Counted from the stretch's first letter, positions 50,251 through 60,997 are shown. The stretch is 64,000 nucleotides of DNA from an uncultured candidate division Zixibacteria bacterium (GCA_963806185.1 CAWDXE010000004.1:160001-224000); one strand, 5' to 3'. The notes: generated from the letters alone by a model not told the origin. Numbers and translations are program-made.

Positions 50251-51420
50251 ATGGATATCATCAAATCCAAAATCAACCAGGCCAGCGCGCTCCTCAAGGA
50301 GATGGATATCGATATGTGGCTCCTCTTCGAGCGCGAAACCATCATCCAGGCCGACCCCACCCACGCCATGGTCGTCGGGATCGACGTCACCTGGGAGTCG
50401 TTCTTCATCTATACCAAGGCTGGCGACGCGATTGCGTTGGTCGGCAATTTCGATGAAGACGAATTCAAGCGGTCCGGCCGCTTCACCGAAGTGCACTCCT
50501 ACGTGCAGGGCGTAGGGGCAGACGCCAAGAAGCTGATCTCCCGCTTTGATCCCAACAAAATCGCGCTCAACTACTCGCCCAACGACGTTGCCTCCGACGG
50601 CCTCACGCACGGCATGTATCTATTATTGTGTTCGTATCTCAAGGACACACCGTATTGCGATCGCATCATCTCAGCCGAAGATTTTGTCACCAAACTGCGG
50701 GCGCGAAAACTTCCCGACGAAGTACGTCGCCTCTCCAAGTCTGCCGTGCTCGCGAATCACGCCTGGAGTCGAGTATTGGAGCGAGTGCGGATCGGAATGA
50801 CGGAAAAGGAAGTCTCGCAGGTGGTCGAGGAGGAAATTCGCTGGGCGGGGGGAGTACCGTCGTTTGCGACCATCGTCAATGCCGGTGCAAAGACCAATCC
50901 CGGTCACGGCCACCCGACCGACGCCCGTCTGGAACCGGGCGACCTGCTGCATGTCGACTTCGGTGTTCTCCACGATGGCTACTGCTCTGACCTTCAGCGC
51001 CTGATCTACTTCAAGCGCCCCGATGAGTCGTCAGCGCCGCACGAGCTTCAAGAAGCGTTCGACACAGTGTACGATATCATCTCCCGCACCGGCGAAGCCT
51101 GTATTCCGGGCAAAGCGGGCCACGAGATCGACAGTTTAGCGCGCGAAATACTCCGCGACAACGGTTACCCCGAATATCAGCATGCCCTCGGCCACCAGTT
51201 GGGGCGTAGTGTTCATGACGGAGGCGGTATTCTAGGCCCGAAGTGGGAGCGGTATGGCAATCGACCCGATATCCCATTGGAACTGCACAATGTCTTTACC
51301 CTTGAACTGGGGATTGAACTTCCCGGAATCGGGTATGTCGGGTTGGAAGAAGACGTGGTGATCGAGTCCTCCGGTGCCCGTTTTCTGTGCGATCGCCAGA
51401 AGCAGTTGACTGTGCGTTAA
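50251..51420 (+). CDS. Xaa-Pro (M24) aminopeptidase
   Basis: VDFG, YCSD, HALGH...VHD, TLE, LEEDV. Confidence 0.9.
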   Translation: MDIIKSKINQASALLKEMDIDMWLLFERETIIQADPTHAMVVGIDVTWESFFIYTKAGDAIALVGNFDEDEFKRSGRFTEVHSYVQGVGADAKKLISRFDPNKIALNYSPNDVASDGLTHGMYLLLCSYLKDTPYCDRIISAEDFVTKLRARKLPDEVRRLSKSAVLANHAWSRVLERVRIGMTEKEVSQVVEEEIRWAGGVPSFATIVNAGAKTNPGHGHPTDARLEPGDLLHVDFGVLHDGYCSDLQRLIYFKRPDESSAPHELQEAFDTVYDIISRTGEACIPGKAGHEIDSLAREILRDNGYPEYQHALGHQLGRSVHDGGGILGPKWERYGNRPDIPLELHNVFTLELGIELPGIGYVGLEEDVVIESSGARFLCDRQKQLTVR

Positions 51421-51623
51421 CCCATATGCTGATCTGCCAACCGGCGCCGAGAAGCATAAAATTCGGTCGAATCAGCTAAAATTGCGGAAAGGTAAGCCTT
51501 TTTGCCCCAATTGTTTGAGTTGGACCCGTCAGGTCCTACTTTTTTGTTGCGGGACTAGCGGGCATTACTTAAAGTATGACCGATTACAAATCAGAACTTT
51601 GTTACAACCCAAGGAGGAACCGC

Positions 51624-52847
51624 GTGAAACTGCATCTCACCGTTGGTGCCGCCCTCATACTTGGCGGTGTCATGTTGGTCAACGCACAGGATAGGGATAA
51701 CGACGGACTGGCCGATACCTACGACCGGACGCCTACTGTCCAGCGCTATTTCCACAATCAGGCCGCCCCGCAGCAGATGTGGAAAGAAATGCCGGAATCG
51801 ATGGACTTTGACCACGACGGTCTGGCTGATCGCTTTGACAGCCGGCCCACCGTGTATGAGTATTTCCATTTCAGCGCACCCGTGCAGAAAGACTATAAGC
51901 TGCAGAGCGCCACTGAAGATACCGACGGCGACGGCTTGCCGGATCGACTTGACGAAACTCCCACTGTGTACCGCTATTATCACCTCGATGTCGCCCCGTG
52001 GGTGCCGCGCGCTGAGCGCGATCCCAATCTGGATACGGACGGCGACGGTTGGGTCGACGTGAAAGACGATCGCCCGACTGTCTATGAAGTTTACAAGGGA
52101 ATAAGCGCGCCGATGGCGCAGGCCGAAGGTGATGCTGACGGCGACGGCGTTGTCGACAGCAAGGATAAGTGCCCGGGAACACCGGCCGGCGTCAAAGTTG
52201 ATGCTGACGGCTGTCCGCTCGATTCCGACGGCGACGGCGTTACGGACGATAAGGACAAGTGTCCGGGTACGCCCAAAGGGACGGTGGTCGATGAGTTCGG
52301 CTGCCCGAAGGACACCGATGGTGACGGCGTACCGGATTACCGTGACAAGTGCCCGGGAACCCCGGCCGGCGTCAAGGTTGATGCTGACGGCTGCCCGCTG
52401 GATTCCGACGGCGACGGCGTGACGGACGATAAGGACAAGTGCCCGGGTACGCCTAAGGGTATTGAGGTCGACGAGTTCGGTTGCCCGAAGATCATGAAGC
52501 ACGGCGAGAAGATCATTCTCAACGTCCAGTTTGCGACCAATTCAGCCGATCCGGATGCGGAATCTAAGAAGATCCTGGATGGTGTGGCGAAGACCATGAC
52601 CGATTATCCCGACATCAAGTTGAGAGTATCCGGATTCACCGACAATGTCGGTCAGGAAGGGTACAACCAGAAGCTGTCCGAACGTCGCGCCAAAGCGGTG
52701 ATGGACTACCTGGTGAGCGCTGGTGTCGACAAGGGTCGGCTGACATCGAAGGGCTTTGGCGAAGATCCCAAGTACTTCATCGGTGACAACAAGACCGACG
52801 AAGGCCGCCAGAAGAACCGTCGTGTCGAGCTCGAATCAGTAGAATAG
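51624..52847 (+). CDS. OmpA-family peptidoglycan-binding protein with thrombospondin type-3-like repeats
   Basis: GTG start with AAGGAGG; DxDGDG repeats; GFTDNVG...NQKLSERRA...NRRVE. Confidence 0.9.
   Translation: MKLHLTVGAALILGGVMLVNAQDRDNDGLADTYDRTPTVQRYFHNQAAPQQMWKEMPESMDFDHDGLADRFDSRPTVYEYFHFSAPVQKDYKLQSATEDTDGDGLPDRLDETPTVYRYYHLDVAPWVPRAERDPNLDTDGDGWVDVKDDRPTVYEVYKGISAPMAQAEGDADGDGVVDSKDKCPGTPAGVKVDADGCPLDSDGDGVTDDKDKCPGTPKGTVVDEFGCPKDTDGDGVPDYRDKCPGTPAGVKVDADGCPLDSDGDGVTDDKDKCPGTPKGIEVDEFGCPKIMKHGEKIILNVQFATNSADPDAESKKILDGVAKTMTDYPDIKLRVSGFTDNVGQEGYNQKLSERRAKAVMDYLVSAGVDKGRLTSKGFGEDPKYFIGDNKTDEGRQKNRRVELESVE
52164..52490 (+). repeat. Intragenic tandem duplication with 180-bp period
   Basis: DKCPGTPAGVKVDADGCPLDSDGDGVTDDKDKCPGTPKG encoded twice with mainly synonymous differences. 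Confidence 0.85.
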
Positions 52848-52868
52848 GCTGATTACTCAGGCCATTGT

Positions 52869-52898
52869 AACGGCGCCGACAGAGGTCGGCGCCGTTTT
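52869..52898 (+). terminator. Intrinsic terminator after ompA-like gene
   Basis: AACGGCGCCGAC-AGAG-GTCGGCGCCGTT plus T-run. Confidence 0.8.
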
Positions 52899-52964
52899 CA
52901 TTTGCGGCACGGCAAAAAAAAACCGCCACCGGGGCGGAGCGTATCTATTGATTCCAGAGCCGCC

Positions 52965-54650
52965 CTAAGCCATAGCCGGTTCCTGAGCCGTGATCGGGGC
53001 GAGGGGGAAATCCACGGTAATGGTCGTGCCGCGCCCTTGTTCGGAATCGATGTGCAAGGCGCCGCCGTGGTTCTCGACAATGCGCTTGCAGACCACCAGG
53101 CCAAAACCGTGGCCTGATTTCTTGGTCGTAAACCGCTCCTGAAATGCCTTGGCCAGTACCTCCGGGGCGAACCCGCAGCCCGTATCCGAAATGGTGAACC
53201 GGAACCGCCCGGTTTCGTCGTCCCGGCGAATGGCGGCGGAAATACGCCGTTCCTGGCTGTCGAACGTCGCGTCCGCGGCATTATTGAAGAGATTGTAGAG
53301 TAACTGCTGAATCTGGGTCCCGTCGGAATCAAAAAGAATTTCCGGAAGCTCGGCCGGCACGTCGACCGTCACCCCACGGAACCGTTTCTGTGGCCGGAGG
53401 TACTCGATGACCTCCAGGAAGGTCTTGTCGAACGACATGACTTCTTTGGTTCCGGAAATGGGCGTGAGCGACATGAGGTCTGACGTAAAGCGTTCGATCT
53501 TCTTGATCGTGTCACCCATGGTTTGGACGTACTTCGGCAGACTCTGATAGTTTTCCTTTTTCAACTGCAAATCGAGCAGCGAGAGATTTCCCTGCACCAC
53601 GGCCAGGAAATTGTTCAACTCGTGGCCGATTTCTGCGGACATCACGCCGCGCGTCGCCATGGTCTCCAGTTGAATGGTCTCGTCCTGCAATTCCTTGAGC
53701 CGGGCATACGCCTCCTGTGTCTGGTGCAGGAGCGACAGGTTCTCCAGCGTGATGGCCAGCTGGGAGCCGGTAATGGACAGGAATTTCATGTCGGCGCTGC
53801 GCACTTTGACCGTATCATTGTGGAATCCGACCATGAGCATGCCGTAGAAGAAGTCCGGGCGATGCACGGGCACAACAATCATCGGTTCGTGGTCGCGTTT
53901 CCAGGCAGGGAAGAGCATCTCCTTAAGCTGGTTGTCAGGGTGCGCTTTGTACAGAGGGTGGTCACCGATCTGACTGACCAGAACCGGCTGATCGCAGGTC
54001 GCCCGAGTGCACTCATTAAGGAGTCCGGTCAGAGGCTCGCGGGGGATCTCAGTCTCTACAGTCTCTTCGCCGACGATGCTTATCATTTTAGTCTGACCGG
54101 AGTTGCGATTTCGATAAATCATGGCGCCTTGATCGGCGTGCTGGTGCATCATCGCAAACTTGAGTGATGACGTGATGACCGAATTGGCGTCGCCGGTGGA
54201 GAAAAGGACAGAGCTGAGATCGTTGAGCTTGGTCAGTTGTTCTTCGCCTCGCGCCGCCGCCGATTCCTGCTTCTTCTCGAGCGCGTTGCGGACCGCCTGG
54301 CGAATCTCGCTCAACTCGAACGGTTTCATGATATAGTCGAAAGCGCCCTGTTTGATGGCGTTTTTTGCGGAGTTGAGATTGGCGTAGCCGGTGATGAAGA
54401 TTACGGCGACTTCCGGCAGCATCTCCTTGGCCCGCCGCACGAGCTCGATTCCGTCCATGCCGGGCATACGGATGTCGGAAATAATCAGGTCAATGTTCTG
54501 TCGGGCGATAATTTCGAGTGCCTGTGTCCCCGTCTCGGCCGTGTGCACGACCATGCCCTCTTCTTCGAGCGTGTCTCGGACGAGCGAGACGACGATCGAC
54601 TCGTCGTCTACCACCAGAATCTGGCGGGTGATTTCCGACGCATCGTTCAT
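52965..54650 (-). CDS. Hybrid REC-GAF-histidine kinase
   Basis: ILVVDDE...DIRMP...KPF; AEIGHELNN; DTGCG, GHGFGL. Confidence 0.9.
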   Translation of the reverse strand: MNDASEITRQILVVDDESIVVSLVRDTLEEEGMVVHTAETGTQALEIIARQNIDLIISDIRMPGMDGIELVRRAKEMLPEVAVIFITGYANLNSAKNAIKQGAFDYIMKPFELSEIRQAVRNALEKKQESAAARGEEQLTKLNDLSSVLFSTGDANSVITSSLKFAMMHQHADQGAMIYRNRNSGQTKMISIVGEETVETEIPREPLTGLLNECTRATCDQPVLVSQIGDHPLYKAHPDNQLKEMLFPAWKRDHEPMIVVPVHRPDFFYGMLMVGFHNDTVKVRSADMKFLSITGSQLAITLENLSLLHQTQEAYARLKELQDETIQLETMATRGVMSAEIGHELNNFLAVVQGNLSLLDLQLKKENYQSLPKYVQTMGDTIKKIERFTSDLMSLTPISGTKEVMSFDKTFLEVIEYLRPQKRFRGVTVDVPAELPEILFDSDGTQIQQLLYNLFNNAADATFDSQERRISAAIRRDDETGRFRFTISDTGCGFAPEVLAKAFQERFTTKKSGHGFGLVVCKRIVENHGGALHIDSEQGRGTTITVDFPLAPITAQEPAMA

Positions 54651-55015
54651 GGCTGGTTTACAGGCGAAAGCACCGAATTTATGAGATTGCGCACCTGATT
54701 GAGATCAAAGGGCTTGCGCAAACACAGAAAATTGCTGGACGCGTGGATACGTTCCGATAGTTCGTCAGGCATGGAATCGGTGAAGATGAAACGGAGCTGC
54801 GGCTGGAGAGGATATACCTCGCAATACATCTGGTAGCCGTTCATCTTCGGCATATGCAGGTCGCAAAGGCATATGTCGAATGCCTCGGCCAGCGCAGCAT
54901 CCACACCGGCCTTGCCATTATTAGCCGTCACCACCTCATGGCCGGACTCGGTCAGGAATTCTTCCAGCAGGCCGCGCATCACCGGTGAATCGTCTACGAT
55001 TAGTATTCTTGCCAT
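54647..55015 (-). CDS. Single-domain response regulator
   Basis: ILIVDD, DLHMP, KPF. Confidence 0.9.
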   Translation of the reverse strand: MARILIVDDSPVMRGLLEEFLTESGHEVVTANNGKAGVDAALAEAFDICLCDLHMPKMNGYQMYCEVYPLQPQLRFIFTDSMPDELSERIHASSNFLCLRKPFDLNQVRNLINSVLSPVNQP

Positions 55016-55018
55016 GTG

Positions 55019-55387
55019 CTATGCCTCCAACGCCCCGCTGACAGTCTGCATCAATTCTTTGATGCTGAAAGGTTTTGACAGGAACGCACAGGCTCCGTTG
55101 CTCACGGACTGACTCACCGTATAGAGGCTCGAATATCCGGAAATAATGATGACCTTGGTCTTAGGGGAGGATTGTTTGGCGAATTTCACCACTTCCTCAC
55201 CCGGGACCCGCGGCATACGCAGGTCAGTGATGACGAGATCATACGACCGTTCCTTCATCCTCTCGATCGCTTCGTCGCCGTCGGAGGCCACCGAAAGTTC
55301 GTATTCTTCAAGAACTTCGGAAAGGAAATCGCGAATGATCTCCTCATCGTCAACAATCAAAATGGAGTACTTGCTTTGTTCATTCAT
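55019..55387 (-). CDS. Single-domain response regulator
   Basis: ILIVDDE, DLRMP, KPF. Confidence 0.9.
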   Translation of the reverse strand: MNEQSKYSILIVDDEEIIRDFLSEVLEEYELSVASDGDEAIERMKERSYDLVITDLRMPRVPGEEVVKFAKQSSPKTKVIIISGYSSLYTVSQSVSNGACAFLSKPFSIKELMQTVSGALEA

Positions 55388-55401
55388 AAGTAGACGGTTG
55401 G

Positions 55402-57078
55402 TCAGGCTGTATGCGCCGCCCCAACCCCTACTTTCTTATCGGCGTCCGTCGTATATTTCTGCACCGGCAAAACGATGGTAAACGTCGTTCCGCGGCCAAC
55501 TGTAGACTGGACAGTGATTTCGCCGCCATGTTCCTTGATGATGCCGTAGCTCACCGAGAGACCAAGTCCGGTGCCCTTACCCACCTCTTTGGTGGTGAAA
55601 AACGGTTCAAAAATCTTTTTCAGGTTCTCGGACGGAATACCACAGCCGTTGTCGACGAATTGCAGTTCAATGGCGCCGCCAAACTCACCTAGGGCCGGGC
55701 TGAACCGGGTATGAATCCGCACGACCGCTCCGCTCTCGCAGGCGTGCATGGCGTTAATGAGCAGGTTCGTAAACACCTGTTGCAGCTGTCCGGCATTGCC
55801 TGAGATTTCAGGCAGGGTGGGCTCCAGGTGAGACTGCAGCTCGATCTGCTTCATATGGAATTGGTGCTGAACGAACGTGATCGTCTCTTCTACGATTTTA
55901 TTGATGTCAATGGTCGCGAAGTCCACTGCCTTGGAGGAGCGAGAGAAGCGCAGGAGATTCTGTACAATCGTCTTGCAGCGACGGGCCTGCGTTTCAATGT
56001 CGGTGACATACCGAATGTAGCTGTCCACTTCCTTGGTCGACGTCTTTTCCGGAACGTTCTTCTGCAGCTTTTCAAGAGTGAACTGGGCGTATCCGAGAAT
56101 GCCGCCCAATGGGTTGTTGAGCTCATGGGCCACGCCGGCCGCCAGCTGGCCGATGGCGCTCATTTTCTCCGATTGGATAAGCTGGGCCTGCGCATCCTCG
56201 AGCTGCTGCGTGCGCTCTATGATCTTCTGTTCGAGATTTCGATTGTACTGCTCAATCTCGTCCCGCGATTGTTTGAGTGAATCTATCATCTTATTGAAAG
56301 TCACGGCCAGGTGGCCGATCTCATCAAACTGCTCGATTTCCACGCGTTTGCTCAGATCGCCGTGACTTATCTGGTCGGTTACAGCGACCAGGGCCGTCAC
56401 CGGCCTGATAGCCGCATTGACCACCATCATGACGACTACCATCGTAATAATGAGGATGATGACAGTCAGGAAAATTGCCGCAGCCTGAGCGCCGGCCGCC
56501 AGCCGTCGAACGTTGCTCAGTGAAAAACCCATCTCAATTGAACCGATCACCTCGGTCTCGTTGCTGAGGGCGACAGAATTGTCCAGGCCGCCTGTGATGC
56601 CGAGGTGTTCGCGGTTTATGGTTTTCTTCTGCGTTGTGATGGGCGCGGAGAGCACAATGATCTCGTTGCCGGCGCTGTCACGTACCAATTCATGCGCGTG
56701 CTCGTCCGAACCGGTTCCGGAGATATCGTGACGGACAGTCTGTCGGTCGACGATGGAAACGGACCGTCCGGTGCGCGACAGGACCGTGCCCTCGTTGTTC
56801 TTGATGACGGCGTATTCAACCGTCTCAAACTGCGACAGGATCTTGAGCATATCATCCAGCTCATACGTTGATTCGAACAACACACCGCTCTCGGCGTTGA
56901 TAGCGAGCATCTTTATGATTGTCTCGCCGCGAATCTCCACTTCACGCATGATGCTGTCCGATTGCCGCTTGATGAGATAGCTCGAGATCGTGAGCATGCT
57001 CAGGCCGAGAATGAGCGAGATCGGCAGGACGAATTTTGTGCGCAGCTTGAGATGCGCCATGAAACGACTAAGTTTCAT
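55402..57078 (-). CDS. Membrane sensor histidine kinase (periplasmic domain, HAMP)
   Basis: Two TM segments, [33 protein letters not shown]. Confidence 0.92.
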   Translation of the reverse strand: MKLSRFMAHLKLRTKFVLPISLILGLSMLTISSYLIKRQSDSIMREVEIRGETIIKMLAINAESGVLFESTYELDDMLKILSQFETVEYAVIKNNEGTVLSRTGRSVSIVDRQTVRHDISGTGSDEHAHELVRDSAGNEIIVLSAPITTQKKTINREHLGITGGLDNSVALSNETEVIGSIEMGFSLSNVRRLAAGAQAAAIFLTVIILIITMVVVMMVVNAAIRPVTALVAVTDQISHGDLSKRVEIEQFDEIGHLAVTFNKMIDSLKQSRDEIEQYNRNLEQKIIERTQQLEDAQAQLIQSEKMSAIGQLAAGVAHELNNPLGGILGYAQFTLEKLQKNVPEKTSTKEVDSYIRYVTDIETQARRCKTIVQNLLRFSRSSKAVDFATIDINKIVEETITFVQHQFHMKQIELQSHLEPTLPEISGNAGQLQQVFTNLLINAMHACESGAVVRIHTRFSPALGEFGGAIELQFVDNGCGIPSENLKKIFEPFFTTKEVGKGTGLGLSVSYGIIKEHGGEITVQSTVGRGTTFTIVLPVQKYTTDADKKVGVGAAHTA

Positions 57079-58106
57079 CGGTACACCTCTTTGGCAACGG
57101 CGCTCAGTTCGGCCGGAATGGCCACATTGATATGCTTCGCAGTCTTCTCGTTATAATGGAACCAGATGATATCCGGACTCGTCACCGGAATCTCTCCCGG
57201 CTTGGTTCCGCCCAGTATTTTTACCGCGATTTCACCGGCTTGGCGGCCGATCGCCTTGTAGTCAAAGTCGAGGGCGAAAAGCGCGCCCGATTCGACGACA
57301 TGGCGAGAAAAGCCCATGAACGGCACGCCTTTGCGCATCGTGTTCAGTAAGATGTACTTCGTGGCCTGCGGATTAAAAAGGTTGGGGTCAGCCACCGACC
57401 AGATGCCATCCACCACAGTTGTCAGCGAGTCGAGCGCCTTCGGCAACTCGCGCTCATTGTCCACTCGCACTGCCACCAGCTTGAGGCCCATCTGCTGAGC
57501 CACAACCTGTGATGGGGGGATAAGTGACGCCGTGTTGCTCGTATACAGGACGCCGAGAATCTTCAAAGTTGGAAGGATCTGCTTGAAGTACTTAAACTGA
57601 ATATCGACGGGGATGGTCAGCGACGCGCCGGTGATATTTTCGCCCGGGTGATTGAGCGACTTTACGAATCCGCTGACTACCGGGTACATTACCGACGAGA
57701 AGACAATCGGCTGGTTGTTGAGTTGTCGCGTGGCGATTTCAGTCGCGCCGCTGCCGATCGTCACGATGATATCTGGTTTGGCCTGGCGCAATTCGGCGAT
57801 CTGACGTTGTTGTACGCCAGGATCCGGGTCCAGCTTTAGGTTTAGAAAGGTGGCGTCGGCGAATTCGTTGGTGATGATGCTTTTGGCGCCGCTGAGGGTT
57901 CGCGTAGTCGAGGTCAGGGTGTCGGTGGTGAGAAATGCAATGGAGCGCGCCTGGACACCAACGGAAGCGCCGGCGAGCGCCAGCGCCGCCACAAGAAGTC
58001 CCCTGATGGCCATTCCCCTTCGCGACATTTCAGAACGGTCCCGTAACAGCAAGCATTTGTACCACAGGAGCATGGAAGTGTTACCCCGCCCGGCGGGCAT
58101 CCGCAC
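57075..58106 (-). CDS. ABC-type solute-binding protein (start uncertain, possibly 58013)
   Basis: Signal peptide; PIVFSSV..P...GENITG; GALFAL..DY..IGRQAG; ATGA overlap with the kinase. Confidence 0.85.
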   Translation of the reverse strand: MRMPAGRGNTSMLLWYKCLLLRDRSEMSRRGMAIRGLLVAALALAGASVGVQARSIAFLTTDTLTSTTRTLSGAKSIITNEFADATFLNLKLDPDPGVQQRQIAELRQAKPDIIVTIGSGATEIATRQLNNQPIVFSSVMYPVVSGFVKSLNHPGENITGASLTIPVDIQFKYFKQILPTLKILGVLYTSNTASLIPPSQVVAQQMGLKLVAVRVDNERELPKALDSLTTVVDGIWSVADPNLFNPQATKYILLNTMRKGVPFMGFSRHVVESGALFALDFDYKAIGRQAGEIAVKILGGTKPGEIPVTSPDIIWFHYNEKTAKHINVAIPAELSAVAKEVYR

Positions 58107-58120
58107 TCATACTCCCTCTG

Positions 58121-58147
58121 TTATCGGGTTATCCCGAAGAAACTTAA
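58121..58147 (-). promoter_or_regulatory. Putative sigma28-type promoter (SBP-TCS operon)
   Basis: Minus strand TTAA-N15-CCCGATAA. Confidence 0.55.
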
Positions 58148-58196
58148 GCCGATCACCGTCTGTCCGTCTCCGAAATCACCCTTCGCCGCAAACCCC

Positions 58197-58223
58197 TAAA
58201 GAAAATCCGGGGCAAGTCGATAT
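58197..58223 (+). promoter_or_regulatory. Putative sigma28-type promoter (TonB receptor operon)
   Basis: TAAA-N15-GTCGATAT. Confidence 0.55.
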
Positions 58224-58310
58224 GAAGAAGCAGATGAATCTCAGAGTGGTCGGGTTACGACCATACGTCAAATTGTAACCGATAGTATCGTACACTACGG
58301 AGTAGTCCAC

Positions 58311-60980
58311 GTGAAGACAGAGTTAAACAAACTGGCAATCATCCTGACGGCCGTTCTATTGTGCATGCTGTCCGCATCGGCATGGGCGGAGGTCGCCGGG
58401 AAGATTTCGGGTACGGTGACGGATGTGAAAGGGGGCGATCCCCTCATCGGTGCCACCGTTCAAGTTATTGGCACTGACTATCGCACCAAGACCGACGAAG
58501 ACGGGGAATACTTCATTATTAATCTGCCGGTCGGTAAGTACGATATCGCCGTGACACACGTCGGCTTCGCATCGATCACCAAAAAGGAAGTGCGGGTCCT
58601 GGTCGATTTGACAACGCCGGTCGACTTCTCGTTGGCGGAGATGGCGGTCGAATTGAAAAACCAGGTCGTCGTGTATGCCTCGGCGCCGGTGATTCAGCGT
58701 GACCTTACGAGTTCAAAGGTCATATTTACCGCTGATCGTCTGAAGAATCTACCCAACATACAATCGGTGCAGTCGGTCCTCACCAATTATCCGGGCGTGG
58801 TTGTCGACCAGAATCTCGACTTGCACGTTCGCGGCGGCCGGTCGGGTCAGATTTCCTATTTCTATGACGGTTTTTCCGTGCAGGATCCGTTTGTGGCCGA
58901 CGCCGGTATCCGTATCATGCCAACCGCCCTGGAAGAACTATCTTTAACCTCAGGCGGTTTTACGGCCGAATACGGCGAAGCGATGTCGGGTGTTGTAAAC
59001 GCGGTCAGCCGCGAAGGCAACAATGATTATCATGGCGGCTTGAAAATGTTTGACGGCGCCACCCAGTCATATGACGTCACCACGGGGGACTGGACGGGTC
59101 TGAAACGAGTCGGGAATCGGTCGGTGAGTTTCAACGTCTCCGGCCCTGTTCCCGGATTCGCCGAGAAGCGGTTTACCTTCTTCTCCGCCGGCGAGTATTA
59201 CCGCAATATCAACTACTTGCCGCATGACTGGGCAATCATCTACACTGGAACGACCAAGCTGTCCTATCATGCGACCAATCGACTGAAACTTAAAGGCAAC
59301 TTCACCTATTCTCGTTCCAACGGTGCGACGTACAATCACCGCGACGTCAATGATGTTTCCTTCGATCTCAATCTTGACGGGCTGCCTATTAATAAGAAAG
59401 AAGCCTACCTCGGCGGCCTCTCCGGCACCTATGCATTTAGTGAGAGAATGGTCTGGTCGTTGCAGTATAATCGTTTCTCGACCTACACGAAGAGCGCTCC
59501 CGAGCCGCTCTTCGACACCTATTGGCGCAATTGGCCGGGATATTCCGAGGATAGCACGGGCGAATACAACGGCACTATCCACCGCCACAATTATCGCGAT
59601 CAGATGGATAATTCCGATCCGTACGAACTGGTCGGTTTTGCCAACGGTGACCGCATCGACCCGACCTATTCATACCGCAAGAGTGTGTATAATTCAGTGA
59701 CCAGCAATCTGGTCGGTCAATTGGGCAAAGCGCACCAGCTTAAGGCCGGGTTTGAATGGCGGAAGTACGATGTCAATCGCGACTTCAAGCAGTTCTACAA
59801 CTCGCGTCCGTACAGCGAATTTTACCACATAAAACCGCTGTACGTATCGACGTTTGTGCAGGATAAGATTGAATACGCCGACTTCGTGATCAATCTCGGT
59901 CTGCGCTATGACTATCGCGATCCGGACGCGACTTACAACACCACCCCCGGATCCAGGACACCGATATACAAGAAGGCCGACGCCAAGTCACGTTTCGCGC
60001 CGAGGCTGGGCGTTTCGTTCCCGATCTCGGTCAATTCGGTGATGCATTTCAACTACGGCATTTACTATCAGATGCCCATCTACAAGTATCTCTACTTCAA
60101 CCTTGATGGTGAAGTCAATTCCGGTTTCCCGTTGCTGGGCAACCCCGATCTGTCACCCGAACGGACCGCGTCATACGAATTGGGTCTCGATCACCTGTTT
60201 GGCGAGAACCTGCGGGCCGACGTGACCGCGTATTACAAGGACATAAGCGATCTGGTGTCGACTCGACCCGTGTTCAAGGTTGCCGGCAACGAAGTGACTC
60301 GCTTCATCAACGCCGACTACGGCTCGGTGGTCGGGTTTGACGTTGCTTTGGAACGACTGCCCAAGACCGGTTACCTGAGCGGTTCGTTGTCGTATGGCTT
60401 CATGATGGCGAGCGGCATCGGCTCATCGGCCATGGAACCGTACTACACCTACATCACGTCCACGGAGGATACCCTGGCACCGGTAAAAGAATATCCGCTT
60501 GATTTCGATCAGCGCCATACCTTGACGGCTGTCCTGGATTATCGCGTTCCGGCCGACTGGAAAGGCGATCTCTTCGGCCTGTCGCTCCCGAGTAACTGGG
60601 GACTCAACATGGTCGGGTACGTCGGCTCCGGACTGCCCTACTCCAAGACCGATAGCAAGGGGAACCGGGTCGGCGATCGCAACGCGTATCGCTTGCCAAC
60701 GTACATGAGCGTTGACGCTCGCTTCAATAAAGATTTCGTACTGCGGAACAATGGTTCGCTGCTTACCTACTTCATCGAAGTAGACAACCTCTTTGACCGC
60801 CGCAATGTCCTGTCGGTGTATCAGTTCACCGGCTTGACAGATGATGACGGCGTAGTGGTTGGGACCGGCCTGCAATTAAGCGAAACCGATCTGGAACGGG
60901 CCAACCGCTTGTACGATCATGATCCTCAGAACTATTCACCCCCGCGGACAATCCGAACCGGGATTGAACTGCACTTTTAA
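58311..60980 (+). CDS. TonB-dependent receptor with N-terminal carboxypeptidase-regulatory-like domain
   Basis: GKISGTVTD...PLIGATV; HVRGGR; GGFTAEYG; NLFD; terminal Phe. Confidence 0.92.
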   Translation: MKTELNKLAIILTAVLLCMLSASAWAEVAGKISGTVTDVKGGDPLIGATVQVIGTDYRTKTDEDGEYFIINLPVGKYDIAVTHVGFASITKKEVRVLVDLTTPVDFSLAEMAVELKNQVVVYASAPVIQRDLTSSKVIFTADRLKNLPNIQSVQSVLTNYPGVVVDQNLDLHVRGGRSGQISYFYDGFSVQDPFVADAGIRIMPTALEELSLTSGGFTAEYGEAMSGVVNAVSREGNNDYHGGLKMFDGATQSYDVTTGDWTGLKRVGNRSVSFNVSGPVPGFAEKRFTFFSAGEYYRNINYLPHDWAIIYTGTTKLSYHATNRLKLKGNFTYSRSNGATYNHRDVNDVSFDLNLDGLPINKKEAYLGGLSGTYAFSERMVWSLQYNRFSTYTKSAPEPLFDTYWRNWPGYSEDSTGEYNGTIHRHNYRDQMDNSDPYELVGFANGDRIDPTYSYRKSVYNSVTSNLVGQLGKAHQLKAGFEWRKYDVNRDFKQFYNSRPYSEFYHIKPLYVSTFVQDKIEYADFVINLGLRYDYRDPDATYNTTPGSRTPIYKKADAKSRFAPRLGVSFPISVNSVMHFNYGIYYQMPIYKYLYFNLDGEVNSGFPLLGNPDLSPERTASYELGLDHLFGENLRADVTAYYKDISDLVSTRPVFKVAGNEVTRFINADYGSVVGFDVALERLPKTGYLSGSLSYGFMMASGIGSSAMEPYYTYITSTEDTLAPVKEYPLDFDQRHTLTAVLDYRVPADWKGDLFGLSLPSNWGLNMVGYVGSGLPYSKTDSKGNRVGDRNAYRLPTYMSVDARFNKDFVLRNNGSLLTYFIEVDNLFDRRNVLSVYQFTGLTDDDGVVVGTGLQLSETDLERANRLYDHDPQNYSPPRTIRTGIELHF

Positions 60981-60997
60981 GGTGGAACGGTAGCCCT

